Below, one piece after another: positions 63,131 through 64,000 of a stretch of DNA of 64,000 nt. Origin of the DNA: Leptogorgia sarmentosa (taxonomy: Eukaryota); NCBI GenBank assembly GCA_964658305.1, contig OZ210884.1, positions 8,184,001 to 8,248,000 of the forward strand. The letters run 5' to 3'. The notes below the pieces were generated by a model. The model made no database searches. It was not told where the DNA came from and saw only the letters and a list, made by a program, of their open reading frames with translations. Position numbers and translations under genes: made by a program. Positions within the stretch are counted from its first letter, which is position 1; every line of letters begins with the position of its first letter.

Positions 63131-64000
63131 AGATCGAAGGTGATAAAAAAATTCACTTATCGTTGTTCAACTTAAAGAATAGATATATAAGGAAGAGAAG
63201 GGATGATTACAAATGGCTTTATCTGGCTATAGTTGCTAGGATTTCTTAGGAAGGGGTATGTTAATACTATTATTAGCTCACTTTCCCTACTGGCAACTGG
63301 AACTCGAAATATCGTATCAATTGCGAAGATCTTCAATTGATCCTGGTACCACAGCAACATGATTGGATAGTAATCTGTTATCATATGAGATGGTGATTTC
63401 TAATTCTAGTAGTGCACGGAACTATTTGCTCCCATTAACCATAAATTATGTAACTTTACAATAAGTCATTTCCTCAATATTCACATCTCTCCAATGTTTT
63501 TCGACTGCATTTCCTTGTCTGACATGTGTTTTATGTCCTCCAATTTTTGGAAGCAAAAGGAACGAATATGACGATTTTTTATCTTTTCAAAACTCATTAA
63601 CGAATCAGAATCGTTGAATTATAGTCAGGAATTGATAACAATGAAATTTGATTCCTACCATCATAAATAATTTCAGATTAGGATACATAATCAATGCCAT
63701 CATATTACTGCTTCAAAGCCACTTTCATTCAGAATATTAATAGAGACTTGGCTGATCCAATTATAGCCAGAATGACTAATACCAAAGTTGATTGAATCCT
63801 ATAAACACTGTCACTTGTCAAATCTTTCTTTGGAGCAATATATCGGATGGAAAAGAGACATCGAAGGTGATAAAAAAATCAACATAAGGAGTAGATACCT
63901 TGGGAAGAGATGGCATGATAACAAATAACCCTATCTTGCTATAGTTACCGAGTTTTCTAACGAAGTAAGTAGTGATCCTGTAAACATTGTCACTTGTACA

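Larger units (their letters stand above)
44430..64000. repeat. Complex modular satellite field
   Basis: All modules share the (aatcct)gtaaacattgtcacttgt-aatctttctttggag junction; the field runs off the window end. Confidence 0.92.

Overview
AT-rich, intron-rich eukaryotic (animal) DNA. The repeat landscape looks like a marine invertebrate such as a cnidarian, but that is inference only. The first ~43 kb is gene-dense. By manual splicing it holds: the last exon of a mitochondrial-clan cytochrome P450; the 3' half of an ORP5/ORP8-type oxysterol-binding protein gene; a short DZIP1/Iguana-N-domain gene; a 4-exon gene for an unrecognised 142-aa secreted Cys-rich two-repeat protein; a uridine kinase pseudogene fragment; a 16-exon NT5DC2/3-like nucleotidase (minus strand) with a BTB-BACK gene nested antisense in one intron; a 13-exon PINCH/LIMS gene (minus); and a 2-exon LigB/Memo-fold gene. 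Many MITEs (some with clear TSDs), hairpins and minisatellites lie in introns and spacers. From ~44.4 kb to the end is a complex satellite field. It is built from related modules of ~178 bp, ~650-760 bp and ~800-890 bp that share one junction motif, occur in shuffled order, show traces of a decayed reading frame, and are interrupted twice by a C-rich (G-quadruplex-type) insert. No rRNA, tRNA or CRISPR was recognised. All gene models are read by eye; no database searches were run.
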